Of a stretch of DNA of 5,167 nucleotides, positions 5,117-5,167 are shown one piece after another. The translations under genes and the position numbers were made by a program. This stretch comes from Ostreococcus tauri (Eukaryota): positions 44,125 through 49,291 of the forward strand of contig CAID01000017.2 in the NCBI GenBank assembly GCA_000214015.2. Reading direction: 5' to 3'. Position 1 is the first letter of the stretch. Every line of letters starts with the position of its first letter. The notes below the pieces were generated by a model. The model ran no database searches and was not told where the DNA came from. It was given only the letters and a program-made list of their open reading frames with translations.

Positions 5117-5167
5117 ATGGACGCCCGAACCCCGTGCGCGTCCTGCGCGCGCCTGCGCGACGAGCTC
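5117..5167 (+). CDS. Candidate 5' end of a fourth gene (MDARTPCASCARLRDEL...), running off the window; frame not secure
   Basis: An ATG at 5117 lies 215 bp after the DDX11 stop, similar to the other spacers (177 and 243 bp). 16 of 17 codons end in G/C, against 12/17 and 11/17 in the other two forward frames. However, all three forward frames are stop-free here and ATGs occur upstream at 4941, 4945, 5024 and 5029, so the evidence is weak. Confidence 0.2.
   Translation, partial: MDARTPCASCARLRDEL

Noticed and set aside
1-5167. Reading the three co-directional, closely spaced ORFs as a prokaryotic operon or defence island
   Set aside because: There are no Shine-Dalgarno-like purine tracts before the ATGs (the contexts are ctcgATG and ttcgATG). 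The products (UTP21, FKBP12 of plant type, DDX11 with its eukaryotic charged insertion) are eukaryote-specific. The 177-243 bp spacers carry TATA-like, E2F-like and poly(A)-like motifs.

Overview
GC-rich (about 55-70% by eye), CpG-rich, apparently intron-free eukaryotic nuclear DNA. Gene density, GC3-biased codons and plant-lineage FKBP12 sequence signatures fit a picoplanktonic green alga of the Mamiellophyceae (Ostreococcus/Micromonas-like). The taxon cannot be verified without a database search. Three co-directional (+) housekeeping genes fill about 87% of the window. They are the 3' portion of the SSU-processome WD40 protein UTP21/WDR36 (1-1352, truncated by the window edge), a 121-aa plant-type FKBP12 prolyl isomerase (1530-1895) and a full-length 920-aa Fe-S superfamily-2 DNA helicase DDX11/CHL1 (2139-4901). 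The spacers are only 177 and 243 bp, and a 266-bp right flank may hold the start of a fourth gene. I see no RNA gene, mobile element, CRISPR array, prokaryotic-style operon signal or defence-type system, so I judge this an ordinary, compact core-genome locus rather than a novel system. The points worth a second look are all small and regulatory or structural. They are: a canonical E2F-type site (TTTCCCGCCAAAA) upstream of the replication-fork helicase gene; perfect (GAC)n/(GTC)n palindromes just after two consecutive stop codons; stop codons embedded in poly(A)-signal-like motifs (TGTAA, AATAAA); twin (CG)7 tracts; ligand-pocket substitutions in FKBP12; a 27-bp in-frame tandem duplication in DDX11; and a stop-codon-free, motif-rich 3' flank. 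The many long antisense and alternate-frame ORFs in the track are compositional artefacts.
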